64,000 nucleotides of DNA from contig NC_043007.1 of NCBI RefSeq assembly GCF_006345805.1, positions 2,232,001-2,296,000 on the forward strand, given 5' to 3'. A program made the translations under genes and the position numbers. Under the pieces are notes generated by a model that was not told the DNA's origin, ran no database searches, and was given only the letters and a program-made list of their open reading frames with translations. Below are positions 50,815 through 62,692 of this stretch, one piece after another (within the stretch, counting starts at the first letter, position 1; every line of letters starts with the position of its first letter). The DNA comes from Octopus sinensis. Taxonomy: Eukaryota.

Positions 50815-50965
50815 TAGAGTGAAACAGGCTGGCTTTAGTGGTTGAGGTATTAGGGTTATGTTCGTGAGGTAATGGTTTCGATTCCTTGCCTAGCGAGCGC
50901 ATTGTGTTGTTGAACGCAGCCCTCCGTTTCACATTGCTCCAGTATACTCAGAGGAAAATGAATAC
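50815..50965 (+). mobile_element. Decayed SINE family C
   Basis: GGCTTTAGTGGTT..GGTTTCGATTCC..TTGTGTTGTTGAACG..TTTCACATTGCTCCAG. Confidence 0.55.
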
Positions 50966-51147
50966 AAACCGAATACTGGTGCAAGCTTTCTCTGCTACCA
51001 GCTTTCAGGTACGCACGTACATCGTGTTCCACCGGGCGAGTGTGGCAGGGTCAGTAAGATGTCCATGCTTGTTCAGAACTACGTAGGTACCTGAACAGCA
51101 GTGAACGAAACATGCGAAAATACAATATCCAGTGAAAAAAGGTATGG

Positions 51148-51196
<49 letters not shown>

Positions 51197-51197
51197 A

Positions 51198-51239
<42 letters not shown>

Positions 51240-51249
51240 GCAACAATAA

Positions 51250-51430
51250 TAATGAATCTTTGACCACGAATCAGAGGGTCAACCTTAGGAATGAGCAAGT
51301 GTCTCTTCTGTGCAGCATCTGTAATACAGTGGACGAAACTATTGCCCATATAACGAACGAATGCCCTAGACTTGCCCAAAACTACTACAAGTTGTGGCAA
51401 CACGGTCAGTGGCCTAGGGTCATTTGCATA
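51250..51430 (+). mobile_element. Decayed R4/Dong-type CCHC zinc-finger fragment
   Basis: LCSICNTVDETIAHITNECPRLAQNYY = C-x2-C..ET..HI...C..LA motif of RLE elements. Confidence 0.7.
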
Positions 51431-52415
51431 ATTAATGAAGAATTGAGCGAAGAAGCTAACTTAGAGTGACCAAACCAGTGAACCAAGTAGGAGCCTTGAT
51501 CTGCTTCTTATTAACTAGGCTAGAAGTCTTATCCTGTATTTGTTAAAGAGTGAGAAAAGGGCAATTGTGATGGGCATAGCGATTTAGAAAATAATAAATT
51601 ATTAATATTGAAACAAAGAAAATAATGAAAAAAAATCTTATCAGTTTAGAAAGTTTCCCAATGGGGTCTTCTGCATTAAGAAGATGTAGTTAACTCTAAG
51701 CTAACCACCATAGTTATTGTGCTGGGCTGAATATGATTTTATTTATTACGGCGTTATGGATTTGTTACGGGATTAAACTGTTTCAGATGGAGATTAAAAC
51801 CTTGTCCCGTTTGCGCCTATTTAAAGCTCACGTATTGCTTACGGAACAATATACAAAACAGATTAAATAAAATTTATGTAAGGATTTAGTGGGGGAGATT
51901 TTGGCTGCTTGTGTTCCATATCTACGCTGTTATTCTTTTTAATTACTGTAAAACAATATTCAAATTACTTTAAACAATGTGTCATCATAACGATCAATTT
52001 GAAGTCTTTGTTTCTGAACTAAAAAGACGATTTCAGCGGAGAATTAAAGCTGAATTAAGATCGAATATATATTTGTTGCTCAGTCTGTGTTTATGATTTG
52101 ATTTTGATAACTAGATACCATCGTTAGATGCATCATATTCCCTTCACGTTTAGAGGAGCGCATTTCCTTTTTACTGTGAAGACTGTATATAGACACATAT
52201 ACACACAGACACGTGCGCTGACGTATGCGTATACAAGCAATAGAAAACTAAAAAGAAAGAATTCAATAGTCACTAATTGTGACTGATGGTGCAGGATAGC
52301 ACATAAACACACGCATACACATACACACATACACACACACACACACTTATACACGCACACACTCATGTATGAATGTATGCACGTAGGTATGTATGTATGC
52401 ATGTATGTATGTACG

Positions 52416-52868
52416 TTCATACATGAGAAAGTAAGGAGGGATGTCAGGAAGGGCATCGCTGTTACACTTCCAGCTGAGAAGGGTCTTCCTATGATGCTGA
52501 CATGCAGTGTCTGTGCAAGACCCTGTCTAAGTAAAGCTGGACTCAAGAGTCATCTTCGTAGTCATAAAGCGAGACAGATGAGTGACAACCTGGCCACTGG
52601 TGGTGGTGTAACACACCATATTAATCATATCTGTCAGGCATGTGGAAGAGACTGTAATTTGGCAGGAGGACTTAAACAACATGCAAAGGTACATGAAGCC
52701 CAGTTACAACTACAGCCGGCTATTACCGGTAAAGGTTTTAGTTGCCAATTTTGTACAAGATATTGTAGATCTTTAGCTAGGCTAAAAAGTCACATTCGAT
52801 CACAGCACCAGTAACAGTTAAGCTTCGTGCAATGGCCATACTCGATAACGAGGGGGTAGCCGTAATAA
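52416..52868 (+). mobile_element. RTE-type LINE 3' end encoding three C2H2 zinc fingers in an open frame
   Basis: CSVCARPCLSKAGLKSHLRSH; CQACGRDCNLAGGLKQHAKVH; CQFCTRYCRSLARLKSHIRSQH; stop 52812-14; short 3'UTR ATGGCCATACTCGATAACGAGGGGGTAGCC; (TATG)n both sides; no TGEKP linkers. Confidence 0.7.
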
Positions 52869-54103
52869 TGTATGTATGTATGTATGTATGTATGTATGTA
52901 TGTATGTATGTATGTATGTATGTATGTATGTATGTGTGTATTGGAATATTGCAGGTTTCCCGTCTATCAAATTTCGGTTACCGATTCCCCCACATTGATA
53001 TTAAACGCGAAACCACACGGTCCGAATCGAACTCCTTAAGCCATACAACAATGTCATTGCAGATGTCTTACACACAGAATTTAATTTAATTCCTTTCGGT
53101 TTCAAGCTGAAATCTGAAGAAGATCGATATGAACGTGTCAACGATACGAGGGAGTCGTCCAGATTGACTGACTTATGCCTTCGCATGCAAGACCCAAACC
53201 AGATCCCTTTGCAGCTATTTGCATTTTCTAACGCATCTAAATTACATTTACATTATTGGAAAAAGAAAAAAGGCCCGGACAACGATGGTAACATGTGTTT
53301 GAAATTGAAATAGAAAGTCAACAGATGGCTTTGGTCTTCGACTGGCTGGCAAGAATCATTTACGAAGTGGGAATGGTATTCAGGTGAAATGTCAACTGGA
53401 TCCAAGCAAACAGCTCTAATCACAATAAGCATCTCATATTTCAAATCACTTGTCGCCTTGCTATTTGTATATCTAATGTATTTGCTGGAGCGTTTATATA
53501 CCAAGAATACTATTTTAGCATAATATCGAATGTCTGCGAGAGATTTAGTTGGGTTTGAGCCGAATCATGTCAGCCACAAAACTGCTCATCAATTACCAGA
53601 GGTGAAAATGAAGATTAATTTAGTATAAATTAGTATAAAGAACCGGTGTATATATATATACTATCAAGTTAAATGATGGAAATATATGAGTTCCATCGCT
53701 GTCAGATGAAAACCAATATTTGGACATTTAATCTTATTATGATCCATAAATCAACAACACAGCGTTATACAGGAAGAAAAATAAAGATAGTTCAGTTCAT
53801 AGAGTATCGATCAGCCAGTCAGTCCGATGACTCCTTTTGCCAAGGTGTAAGATAGATGATTTAGGTTCATATATCATGCAGTGGCAGCAATGAAACACTG
53901 CAGTAGATTTCGTTGAATTTATTTCCTTCAGCAGCAAATTCTGTCCATGATAATATTATTTATTGTTTGACTTTTTTTTTATATTTCGTTCTTTCTCTTA
54001 TTTGCTGTTAACACATGATTATGTAACTCCATTTTGTATTGTGTTCTATATTGTCCTGTAGCGTCTTCGATCATTTTTATAAATATCAAATTCTTAAGCA
54101 TTA

Positions 54104-54180
<77 letters not shown>

Positions 54181-54183
<3 letters not shown>

Positions 54184-54692
54184 TAGTTTTATTTTTATAG
54201 TGTGCTATCACTTCACTACCGGGCGCAGCTCTGTGTGCCTTGGGTATGTGCTGTGATTTGTTGTGATGCTCTGATGGTTATTGTATGGAAAGTGTTCTGC
54301 GTAGGATGTGTGCAGTGCCTAGTAGTGCAATTTTCTGTATGTTATATGTGTTTGTAAGTCCTGGTGTTTTTGTTATGTATTTGTCTCAATATTTTTTTAT
54401 CATGCCTAATGCACCTACTATGATAGCGATTGTTTCTGTTTTTAGATTCCACATTCTGGTTACCTCCATTTCCAGGTCTTTGTATTTTGAGAGTTTCTCC
54501 ATTTCTTTTAGAGACACGTTGTCATCTGCCGGTATTGATACATCAATTAGAAAGCATTTTTTTTTTCATGATCTCTGACAACTATATCTGGTCTGTTGGC
54601 CTTAATTTCTCTATCTGTGTGTATCGGCATATCCCAGAGTATGGTTGCTTTCTCGTTTTCTGTGACCTTTTCTGGTGTGTGCCTATACCATC

Positions 54693-54696
<4 letters not shown>
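54181..54696 (-). mobile_element. R4/Dong-type 3' fragment, triplicate copy 1
   Basis: Minus: RWYRHTPEKVTENEKATILWDMPIHTDREIKANRPDIVVRD../FLIDVSIP.. (PD-(D/E)xK RLE); TGA stop and 10-A frameshift. Confidence 0.92.
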
Positions 54697-54732
<36 letters not shown>

Positions 54733-54771
54733 TATTATTATTATTATTATTATATTATTATTATTATTATT

Positions 54772-55287
54772 CAGTAGTTTTATTTTTATAGTGTGCTATC
54801 ACTTCACTACCGAGCGCAGCTCTGTGTGCCTTGGGTATGTGCTGTGATTTGTTGTGATGCTCTGATGGTTATTGTATGGAAAGTGTTCTGCGTAGGATGT
54901 GTGCAGTGCCTAGTAGTGCAATTTTCTGTATGTTATATGTGTTTGTAAGTCCTGGTGTTTTTGTTATGTATTTGTCTCAATATTTTTTTATCATGCCTAA
55001 TGCACCTACTATGATAGCGATTGTTTCTGTTTTTAGATTCCACATTCTGGTTACCTCCATTTCCAGGTCTTTGTATTTTGAGAGTTTCTCCATTTCTTTT
55101 AGAGACACGTTGTCATCTGCCGGTATTGATACATCAATTAGAAAGCATTTTTTTTTTCATGATCTCTGACAACTATATCTGGTCTGTTGGCCTTAATTTC
55201 TCTATCTGTGTGTATCGGCATATCCCAGAGTATGGTTGCTTTCTCGTTTTCTGTGACCTTTTCTGGTGTGTGCCTATACCATCTTTT
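54772..55287 (-). mobile_element. R4/Dong-type 3' fragment, triplicate copy 2
   Basis: Offset 591 from copy 1; same lesions. Confidence 0.92.
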
Positions 55288-55305
55288 ATTATTATTATTA
55301 TTATT

Positions 55306-55817
55306 CAGTAGTTTTATTTTTATAGTGTGCTATCACTTCACTACCGAGCGCAGCTCTGTGTGCCTTGGGTATGTGCTGTGATTTGTTGTGATGCTCTGAT
55401 GGTTATTGTATGGAAAGTGTTCTGCGTAGGATGTGTGCAGTGCCTAGTAGTGCAATTTTCTGTATGTTATATGTGTTTGTAAATCCTGGTGTTTTTGTTA
55501 TGTATTTGTCTCAATATTTTTTTATCATGCCTAATGCACCTACTATGATAGCGATTGTTTCTGTTTTTAGATTCCACATTCTGGTTACCTCCATTTCCAG
55601 GTCTTTGTATTTTGAGAGTTTCTCCATTTCTTTTAGAGACACGTTGTCATCTGCCGGTATTGATACATCAATTAGAAAGCATTTTTTTTTTCATGATCTC
55701 TGACAACTATATCTGGTCTGTTGGCCTTAATTTCTCTATCTGTGTGTATCGGCATATCCCAGAGTATGGTTGCTTTCTCGTTTTCTGTGACCTTTTCTGG
55801 TGTGTGCCTATACCATC

Positions 55818-55821
<4 letters not shown>
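55306..55821 (-). mobile_element. R4/Dong-type 3' fragment, triplicate copy 3
   Basis: Offset 534 from copy 2; same lesions. Confidence 0.92.
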
Positions 55822-55855
<34 letters not shown>

Positions 55856-55880
55856 TATTATTATTATTATTATTATCATT

Positions 55881-56434
55881 AGGTGAGAGAGCAGTGCATG
55901 CCATCAAAGGGACACTGGTGTAAAATATACGATGCCCAGTATACCCATCATGACTACCCGTCTGATAAGGGTACACTAAGCACATGCATCACAACCATAT
56001 GTGCGCGACATGGTGATCTCATATTAAGATAAACAGCGCATGACCTTGCAGGTGGGGGCCTAGTTAGAATTTTCTTCTGGTCGAGTAACCCATCCCGCTC
56101 AAAAGGTCCCTGAATACAGGTTGTTTAAGGATGTTGAACGGAACACCCATATTTCCAGAGGTGAATTATCCAAACCCCAAAGAATCCCTCTCAACACATG
56201 GCTATGATGCTCCCCCACTACTTCAGCTCGTGATCAGAGATGCACATATCGTCAGCCACCAAGGGACATGATCAACTGGTTAACGTCAAACAACTGACAA
56301 GCAAATCTGTGGTATTGAGCAGAATATTTGCTGTAGCCCATCTTTTACACCAAGACAAAACAATGTACATGATAACACTTCCAATCAGTTAAGATCAGAA
56401 GCCATGAGAACCACCGTCTGGTACTGCATCAGGG
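55881..56434 (-). mobile_element. Element E, full-length copy
   Basis: Reverse complement of 46350-46898 with scattered substitutions. Confidence 0.85.
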
Positions 56435-56569
56435 AAATTGTTGTTGTTGTTGTTGTTTTTACTTCTGAGAGCGCCCCGTCTGCTGTCAGACCTCTCATGG
56501 GGTCTCTTTCGGCACGTTATACTCTTTGACACTTGGTTGTTAATTACGGAGGGCGAAATTCAACATCAT

Positions 56570-56705
56570 TCGCACGACGGGCAAAATGCGTAGCAGTATT
56601 TCATCCGCCTTTGTATCGTGAGTTCAAATTCTGCCAAAGTCGACTTTGCTTTTCATCTTTTCGGGGTCGATTAGTAGTACTAGTGTTGATGTAATTGTCT
56701 TACCC
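56570..56705 (+). mobile_element. Decayed SINE family B
   Basis: GAGTTCAAATTCTGCCAAAGTCGACTTTGCTTTTCATC. Confidence 0.65.
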
Positions 56706-57973
56706 ACGTCACAGAAATTGCTGACCTGATGCCAAAGTTTGAAATCATCAGCATCATTATTATTGTTGTTGCTGTTGTTGTTGTTATCACTCTAAGTCAC
56801 TCTTGAATTGTAAGAAATCTGCAAGTGTTGCGATCGATCATAAATTCATCATGGCATTGGCGTTATGCTCCGTTTTAGTAATTTTGTTTTATCATTCCAT
56901 TCTAGGCATGAGATCTTTATCCTAAACTTGTCGCAGACTACTAAAGTTCTTTTCTGATTTTGATCTTCATGAATTATTCTCCATTAAATGGACCTTGAAA
57001 GCAGAGATGTCCTAATATATTTGAATAGTTAGAGAAATCGTCTCAGCTTGAATATTTGGGAAGCGTATTTGGAAAACGTATTCCGAGCCATTCTGAATAC
57101 AAATCTCGGTAGAATGCTCGTACGAAAGCAATAATTAAAATGTAAACAGTTTATCAACGGGAACACTAACTCTTTGTGTTTCCAGAGCAGAAAAAAAGCT
57201 CATATCAAAGGAACTGAAATACCGTAATAAATTTCCTTAGAATCATCGGCATAACACTCTTTAAGCAAATATTCATTGTTCTATTTTTCCGATCTGTCTA
57301 GTATTATCGATTTTCGGCTCCCTTGGATGTTCTTATTATGTTTAGAATACTGCAACAAGCATCGTTGTGAATATTAGACGCTAGCATGCTGAACTGGAAT
57401 CTATTCACATCCAGTTTCCTTTATTGGAGCTGATATATTTAGCTTTAGTCTGTTTACATTTCACGACAGCGATTTTTTTTCCTTTCGTCAAATGAATAAG
57501 TATCTATGTGTCCATTTGATAAAAAGGTGTATGTCTAAAATTTGGAGGTAATAAAGCTTATCATATTTTTTGCTTTTGCGACTGGCGTATACTTTTCTCA
57601 TTTATTGTCAATTGCATATACTTCGTCGGTACTAAACCGACGAAGTTTTCGGCTCCCCAAACACGTGGATCATAAACTTTGGTAATTCCCTATAACAGAA
57701 TAAATAAGCAGAATTCAAACTATTTCTTCTGAAATAAACTTTGTACATATTCTGACAAATATGTTTATATTTCTCTCTCAGGTACAGTCATAATTGTCTC
57801 TGAGAGAATTTTTAATTGGTCAACACTTTATTATCTTGGTTGACTCATTATTATGTAGAAACAGATAGCAATGTACAGAGAACATTAAATTTTATAAAAT
57901 AACAATGTCAGGGGATTCCTAAGGTATTTTTCGATGTTGTTGTTGTTATTATTATTATTATTATTATTGCTGA

Positions 57974-58046
57974 GGTCACTGCTTGGAATCGAACTCGGAA
58001 TCTTGGAGTTAGTAGCCCGCACTCGTAACCACTACGCCATATGCCC
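57974..58046 (-). other. tRNA-like module (A box TGGCGTAGTGG, B box GTTCGATTCC) at the Penelope 3' end
   Basis: GGGCATATGGCGTAGTGGTTACGAGTGCGGGCTACTAACTCCAAGATTCCGAGTTCGATTCCAAGCAGTGACC; stems imperfect, so not a functional tRNA. Confidence 0.75.
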
Positions 58047-58075
58047 GTGGGCGATTATGGAGTGAATTTTAGGGC

Positions 58076-59075
58076 TTATAATTCTAATATTTTCCTATTC
58101 TTCCTTAATACCGGTTCCCATATGCTGTTCATATCTGCTCTCGGTCTCTTTAGGAGGTTGTTGTGTCCTAGCATATGTGCTGCTTCTTTTAGTTTTCGTA
58201 TTTTCCAGTGGTGTTCTCCGTCTAATATTTTAACTTCATCCCACAGGAGGAGGTGGTCTCCGTTTTTCCATACATGATCAGCTATACCCGATTTATCAAT
58301 ATCTCCCCGTGTCACAGCTTTGCGATGTTCGTCTACCCTTATGTTGAAGAGGCGGCATGTTTCACCTTTGTATAACCTACCACAGCTGCATGGGATGGAA
58401 TACACGCAGTCTTTGGTCATATTCTCTTCTATTGGTGGTTTTACTCGAAGGAAATATTATTTGCGAAGTGTTGTATTACTCTTGAATCCTGTCCCGATGT
58501 CATTTGGGCCGCATATCTTTTGTATCTTTTCGGAGTGGCCTTTCACATAGGGTAGACAGACTGTGGACAGTTTATTGGCCACATCCTCTCTTTTCTTCAT
58601 AATACAAGTGGTTAGTATACTTTTGGGGTAGTTGTTGCTTAACAGATCGTTATTGAGCTTGATCATTTCTCCGTGGTGGGTATCACGATCGCTACTTATA
58701 TTCTTTACACGATGTTTTAGGCACTGAGCAATCCCTCTCTTTACACTGTATGGATGGTGGGAATTGAAGTTGAGGTATCGTCCAGTGAAGGTCGGCTTGT
58801 GGTATTCGGATGTCCTGAATCCATACTTGGTGCGTGTTATTAATACGTCCAGGAATGCCAGCTGATTGTCTTTTTCCTTTTCCATTGTGAACTGTATGGA
58901 TGGTTTTATTGAGTTCACACGATCTAACAGCACTTGGACATCATCCTGGTGGGGCCAGAGTATAAAGGTGTCATCAATATATCGTAGCCATAGTATTGGT
59001 TTTAGTGGTGTTGATCCTAAAGCTAAATTCTCAAAGTATTCCATATATATATTGGCTATTACCGGTGATAATAGT
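58076..59075 (-). mobile_element. Penelope-like element (Penelope/Poseidon type), 5'-truncated RT + GIY-YIG endonuclease
   Basis: LSPVIANIYME..WLRYIDDTF..FTMEKEKDNQLAFLDV..HKPTFTGRYLNFNSHHP (58457-59080); CVYSIPCSCGRLYKGET..RVDEH..SGIADH..KLKEA (58076-58420); one frame break. Confidence 0.95.
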
Positions 59076-59561
59076 AACAACTAACAAGATGAGGACAAAT
59101 ATCCGTCAAATATAAATAATATAAGTAATGTAAATAATGTACATAATTCCTCATCTCTTGAATATAGAACTGTATTAAATAATTAATTAGTACTGATATT
59201 TCGAGTTAAATATCCCTTTTCAAAGTTTTAAAGTATATGAAAGGTAAATAAACTACATGTCCAGTTTGTGAGCGTCTTGCAGCGTGTCATAATGCAATTA
59301 CTATGGGTAAAAGGTAAAGAAATTTGAGGTTGGGATTTGTGATCTAGGGTGAAGGTGCCATAGTGGAGTTGCATGAGTTTCTTGCAAGGGACCCATATAC
59401 AATGAATAACTTTCATTGCGGACTATTCCTTTCAAAGAAGCTGCTGAAGCATTAATTTAAGGTGTTACACCAGTTTAATATTAGCAGAATGAAATTTATT
59501 GAAATACTACTTCTCATATTCGAAGAAACTATGCAGAAAGTATTTGCAAAGTTCATGAGAA

Positions 59562-59631
<70 letters not shown>

Positions 59632-59869
59632 TCCTTTAATATTTACTCATATAAAGAGGAAAACAAAGTTTTATATATATATATATATATATAATATATA
59701 TATAAACATTCCTCTCGTCCATTTATTTCAACCAGGCATTGATCATAGCCGCAAGCAATTTCTAATTAATTGTAGAGCTAAGCCACTGATTAAATGCCTT
59801 GTTGATTAAACTAATTAAGATGTGCCTTGCGAGGTTCATGAATGTCTAATTCCTGTTTCACTCTTTCAG

Positions 59870-60400
59870 TCATACACACACACAAAAACACACACAAGCA
59901 CACCCACCCACACACATGCTCTCTCTCTTTCACACACACAACCACGCTCAGACACACACACATACACACACAAACACACACACACATACACACACAAACA
60001 CAATCACCCACACACTAACCCACACACAAACACACACACACATGGACACACACACACAATGCTCTCACTCTCACTTTCACTCACACAACCACGCTCAGAT
60101 ACACACACATACATACACAAACACAATCACCCACACACTAACCCACACACAAACACACACACACATGGACACACACACACAATGCTCTCACTCTCACTTT
60201 CACTCACACAACCACGCTCAGATACACACACATACATACACAAACACAATCACCCACACACTCACCCACACACAAGCACACACACATGGACACACATGCT
60301 CTCTCACTCTCTCTCTCTTTCACACACACAACCACGCTCACACACATGCACACACGAATACACACACAAACACACACACAGACACACACACACACCCTGA
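59870..60400. repeat. CA-rich higher-order minisatellite, ~120-150-bp units
   Basis: ACAACCACGCTCA recurs four times; AATGCTCTCACTCTCAC at 60058 and 60181. Confidence 0.85.
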
Positions 60401-61112
60401 GCTGAGAGAAATACCCCTATTGGCTTAATGGCATAAATTTAAATAAGCCTGCCAAGGGGTGATGTACTCAATGACATCATTAGACATTTTCAAATTAATT
60501 GGAATTTACGTCTTGGAGAAATGTAGCAAAATCCTAGTGGTAATTTTTAGCGACTCTCGAAGAAATCGTGGGATGATTTCAAGAAAATATGAACAAACTT
60601 TACAAAATTAATCAACAGACTTGCAGGCGAGGAAGGATAAAGCTGAATTTTGTTCCATGGTATACAAGGATCCAAGGACAGACATAATTTTGTTCTGTTC
60701 GAACTCATCTGTGTAGTAACATGCTCAAACCAGCGTTGATTAACTAACGAAGGATTATTCCTACAGGGGATAACTTTTGAACAGATATAATCAAAATAAA
60801 CTTGTTTATTTAAAAAAGGGATAATAAAATGAACTAAATTATATAGCTTATGTGTTTCAATGGCATGAACATACAAGTGTGTTTGCAACCAGGTAACAAA
60901 ACATGATGGCTGCACCTTGGAAATATGTGGATGGTGAAGTTCTGGTCGTAAGAGGAAACATTATTCAGGCGCAGTTTCGACAGCAGCTGCTGAAGAACGG
61001 TCTGTTTTGGAAATGGCACAGAGCACTGTATGGCAGCTGACCTGGCTTCATCAGACATTGAGTCTGAGTAACACGTCCCAGCCTTAAAGACCACCACAAG
61101 CAGCAAAAGATA

Positions 61113-61495
61113 AGAGTGGCCACCTCTGACATCTCTACAAATGTCAAAGTGACCACCTCTGACGCCTCTACAAATTTTAAACTAGTAGCAACCTCTGACG
61201 CCTCAACAAATGTCAGACTAGTGACCATCTGACGCTTCTACAAATGTCAGACTAGTGACCACTGACGCCTCTACAAATGCCAGACTACTGACCATCTGAC
61301 ATCTCTACAAATGTCAGACTAGTGACCACTGACATCTCTACAAATGTCAGACTAGTGAACACTTCTGACGCTTCTACAAATGTCAGACTAGTGACCATCT
61401 GACACCTCTACAAATGTCAGACTAATGACCATCTGACACCTCTACAAATGTCAGATTAGTGACCATCTGACACCTCTACAAATGTCAGACCACTA
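61113..61495. repeat. 33-36-bp minisatellite (~11 units) with internal palindrome
   Basis: Consensus TGTCAGACTAGTGACCATCTGACACCTCTACAAA; unit starts 61211, 61245, 61278, 61312, 61345, 61381, 61415, 61449, 61483. Confidence 0.92.
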
Positions 61496-61634
61496 CTGAC
61501 AAACTATATGTCACAGAGGTATTCCTGATGAATGTCAGTGGCCTTGTAACTTTCCACCAACACAAAGAGAGGCTTATTTAGATGTAAGCAAGCAATATGC
61601 ATAGCACTAAGAGACACACTACTGAACACTGAGA

Positions 61635-61845
61635 TTTGTCGCCTATCACGGCTAGACAACCAGCATAAATGTGTGTATGTCTTCGTAACTTAACGGTTCG
61701 GTAAATGGAACCGATAGAATATGTATCAAACTTAACAAAAATAAGTACAGGAGTCGATTCATTCGATTAAAAATTCCTTAAGGCTGTACTCCATTTTGGT
61801 TGCCGTCTAATGACAGAAACAAGGAGGAGGTAAAAGGTGGAAAGT
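61635..61845 (+). mobile_element. Old SINE A-type right module
   Basis: GACAACC..GTAACTTAACGGTTCGG..CCGATAGAATA..GTCGATTCATTCGATTAAAA. Confidence 0.55.
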
Positions 61846-62224
61846 AATTTATCGTTGGTTTTCTAATGCGAGCTGTGTTGTCATCATTATTCCTCAATTA
61901 TTTAATTACGTCGCTACCAACAAACATGTTATACAAACTCATTTAGCCATAGCAACCACCAGTCTAGTTTCTGTTCAATTTAAACAGCGATTTATTATAA
62001 ACTGTCTTCGTAGACAAATGAAGAGCTTATTTGTCTTTTGATGAGAAGTCAATAAACTATGAAACATATCAAAGCAATTTTGTTTGGCTTTTCTTTCTGT
62101 GTAAGAAGTTAAAACCAAATGGTATTTACATCTGCGTAGAGTTCTAGGGGAAAACGGTTTCAAGAAAGTGAAGTTTCTCTACTTTAAATGTATCTTGCCT
62201 TTTTTATAATGCGAGCTGTCTTAT

Positions 62225-62395
62225 GCACAAATATTCATAAATCGATATATGTAGACACATGACACACATACACACGCGCGCACACACTCAAACTCACACA
62301 CACGTACATACACACATATGAATGTATATATATATATATATATATATATGTATGCATGTATGTATGTATGTATGTATGTATTATGTATGCATGTA

Positions 62396-62435
<40 letters not shown>

Positions 62436-62522
62436 TGTATATATGTATACATACATATATGTATATATATATGCCTGTATATATGTATACACACAAACAT
62501 ACATAGATATATGTATATATAC

Positions 62523-62553
<31 letters not shown>

Positions 62554-62648
62554 TGTATGTATGTATGTATGTATGTATTATGTATGCATGTATATATGTA
62601 TATACACACGAACATACATACATACAACATACATACATACATACATAC

Positions 62649-62692
<44 letters not shown>

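Noticed and set aside
52416-52814. Host Kruppel-type C2H2 gene exon
   Set aside because: No TGEKP linkers; RTE-like finger consensus, 3' terminus and microsatellite tail favour a LINE origin (kept as a finding).
60965-61228. Mucin-like or repeat-protein ORF over the minisatellite
   Set aside because: 33/34-bp units break the frame and stops flank the 36-bp units on both strands.
61113-61495. CRISPR-like array of palindromic ~34-bp repeats
   Set aside because: Units are contiguous with no unique spacers, no cas genes, eukaryotic context; it is a minisatellite.
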